Below are positions 63,433 through 64,000 of a stretch of DNA of 64,000 bases, in pieces. Both the position numbers and the translations under genes were made by a program. Positions within the stretch are counted from its first letter, which is position 1, and the number at the start of each line of letters is the position of its first letter. The notes under the pieces are model-generated. The model saw nothing but the letters and a program-made list of their open reading frames with translations, made no database searches and had not been told where the DNA came from. This DNA comes from a virus, in the IMG/VR virus record IMGVR_UViG_3300042389_001739, positions 15,723-79,722 of that record. The stretch is one strand, 5' to 3'.

Positions 63433-64000
63433 CTAGCTTTCTACCAAAAAAGTGGCAATCTGGAATTTCGTGCCGGTTTCGTCCCGGTAAATCAGCGAAT
63501 TCCGGTCTTTGGAATAGTATAGTGTGCCATTGGCCGCTTCGCTATCGGCCAGTTGCGTGATCGGTAAGCCATAAACCGCCACGTTAGTTGCCGGTTCGCT
63601 GGTTGTGGTTTCCGGCATAATCAGCGGGGCATAGGGATCATAACCACCCAGGCGCAAAGCGGGCGTAGGGTCAGTAGGGAAGATGCCGGTAGCACCGGGC
63701 GGTCCCGGCGGCCCTGGCGGTCCCGGAGGGCCTTGTGGGCAATCACATACCGCAGGAGGTCCGGCAGGGCCTTGAGGTCCGATTGTACCGTTAGCTCCGG
63801 CAGGTCCCGGTGGTCCTGCGGTACCGTTAGCTCCTGGAGGGCCTGTTAAACCTGTAGGGCCTGTTAAACCTGTAGGGCCTTGAGGTCCGATTGTACCGTT
63901 AGCTCCGGCAGGTCCCGGTGGTCCTGCGGTACCGTTAGCTCCTGGAGGGCCTGTTAAACCTGTAGGGCCTGTTAAACCTGTAGGGCCTTGAGGTCCGATT
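63433..64000 (-). CDS. Collagen-like (Gly-X-Y) virion fibre protein, 5' part beyond window
   Basis: Frame stays open to the right edge: ([36 protein letters not shown])n [16 protein letters not shown](GPP)4GATG, continuing into ORF 63433..63657. Confidence 0.9.
   Translation of the reverse strand, partial: IGPQGPTGLTGPTGLTGPPGANGTAGPPGPAGANGTIGPQGPTGLTGPTGLTGPPGANGTAGPPGPAGANGTIGPQGPAGPPAVCDCPQGPPGPPGPPGPPGATGIFPTDPTPALRLGGYDPYAPLIMPETTTSEPATNVAVYGLPITQLADSEAANGTLYYSKDRNSLIYRDETGTKFQIATFLVES
63766..64000. repeat. Perfect 108-bp tandem repeat (>2 units) with a nested 18-bp duplication
   Basis: AGGGCCTTGAGGTCCGATT recurs at 63766, 63874 and 63982. Confidence 0.92.

Noticed and set aside
63766-64000. 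CRISPR-like repeat
   Set aside because: Units are contiguous, have no spacers and encode in-frame Gly-X-Y collagen
1-64000. Alternative genetic code (stop-codon reassignment)
   Set aside because: Conserved genes are full length in code 11, and TAA, TGA and TAG all end genes at tight junctions

Overview
A 64-kb segment of a large tailed dsDNA bacteriophage (jumbo/huge-phage scale; standard genetic code; dense, mostly minus-strand genes). It holds packaging genes (terminase large subunit, probable portal) and a complete replication/recombination block: UDG-fused PolA, primase, DnaB-like helicase, SF2 helicase, RecA/UvsX, SbcCD, Holliday junction resolvase, DEDDh exonuclease, putative SSB, thymidylate kinase and dCTP deaminase. 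It also carries about six glycosyltransferase-type domains, a collagen-like protein at the right edge and a tubulin/FtsZ-family GTPase at the left edge that the ORF track missed. Host-takeover genes include a solo RNAP alpha-CTD, a CsrA-like protein, a Bro-N/Clp-N fusion and a DUF1257-DUF2997-AAA module; a Planctomycetota host is suggested but only inferred. Most notable: (i) a translationally coupled pair of an IS110/Nop-like RNA-binding protein and a minimal RAMP (Cas7-like) protein followed by a structured spacer inside the recombination operon, a candidate new RNA-guided module; (ii) a 356-bp nested palindrome with compensatory changes next to a Rep-like Zn-finger gene; (iii) a recurrent TTAAATTCCRGATTTAAA site at gene junctions; (iv) an apparently homologous ~70-aa domain inserted in two unrelated neighbouring proteins; (v) several highly structured intergenic RNAs. 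All family assignments come from motif recognition by eye; no searches were run.
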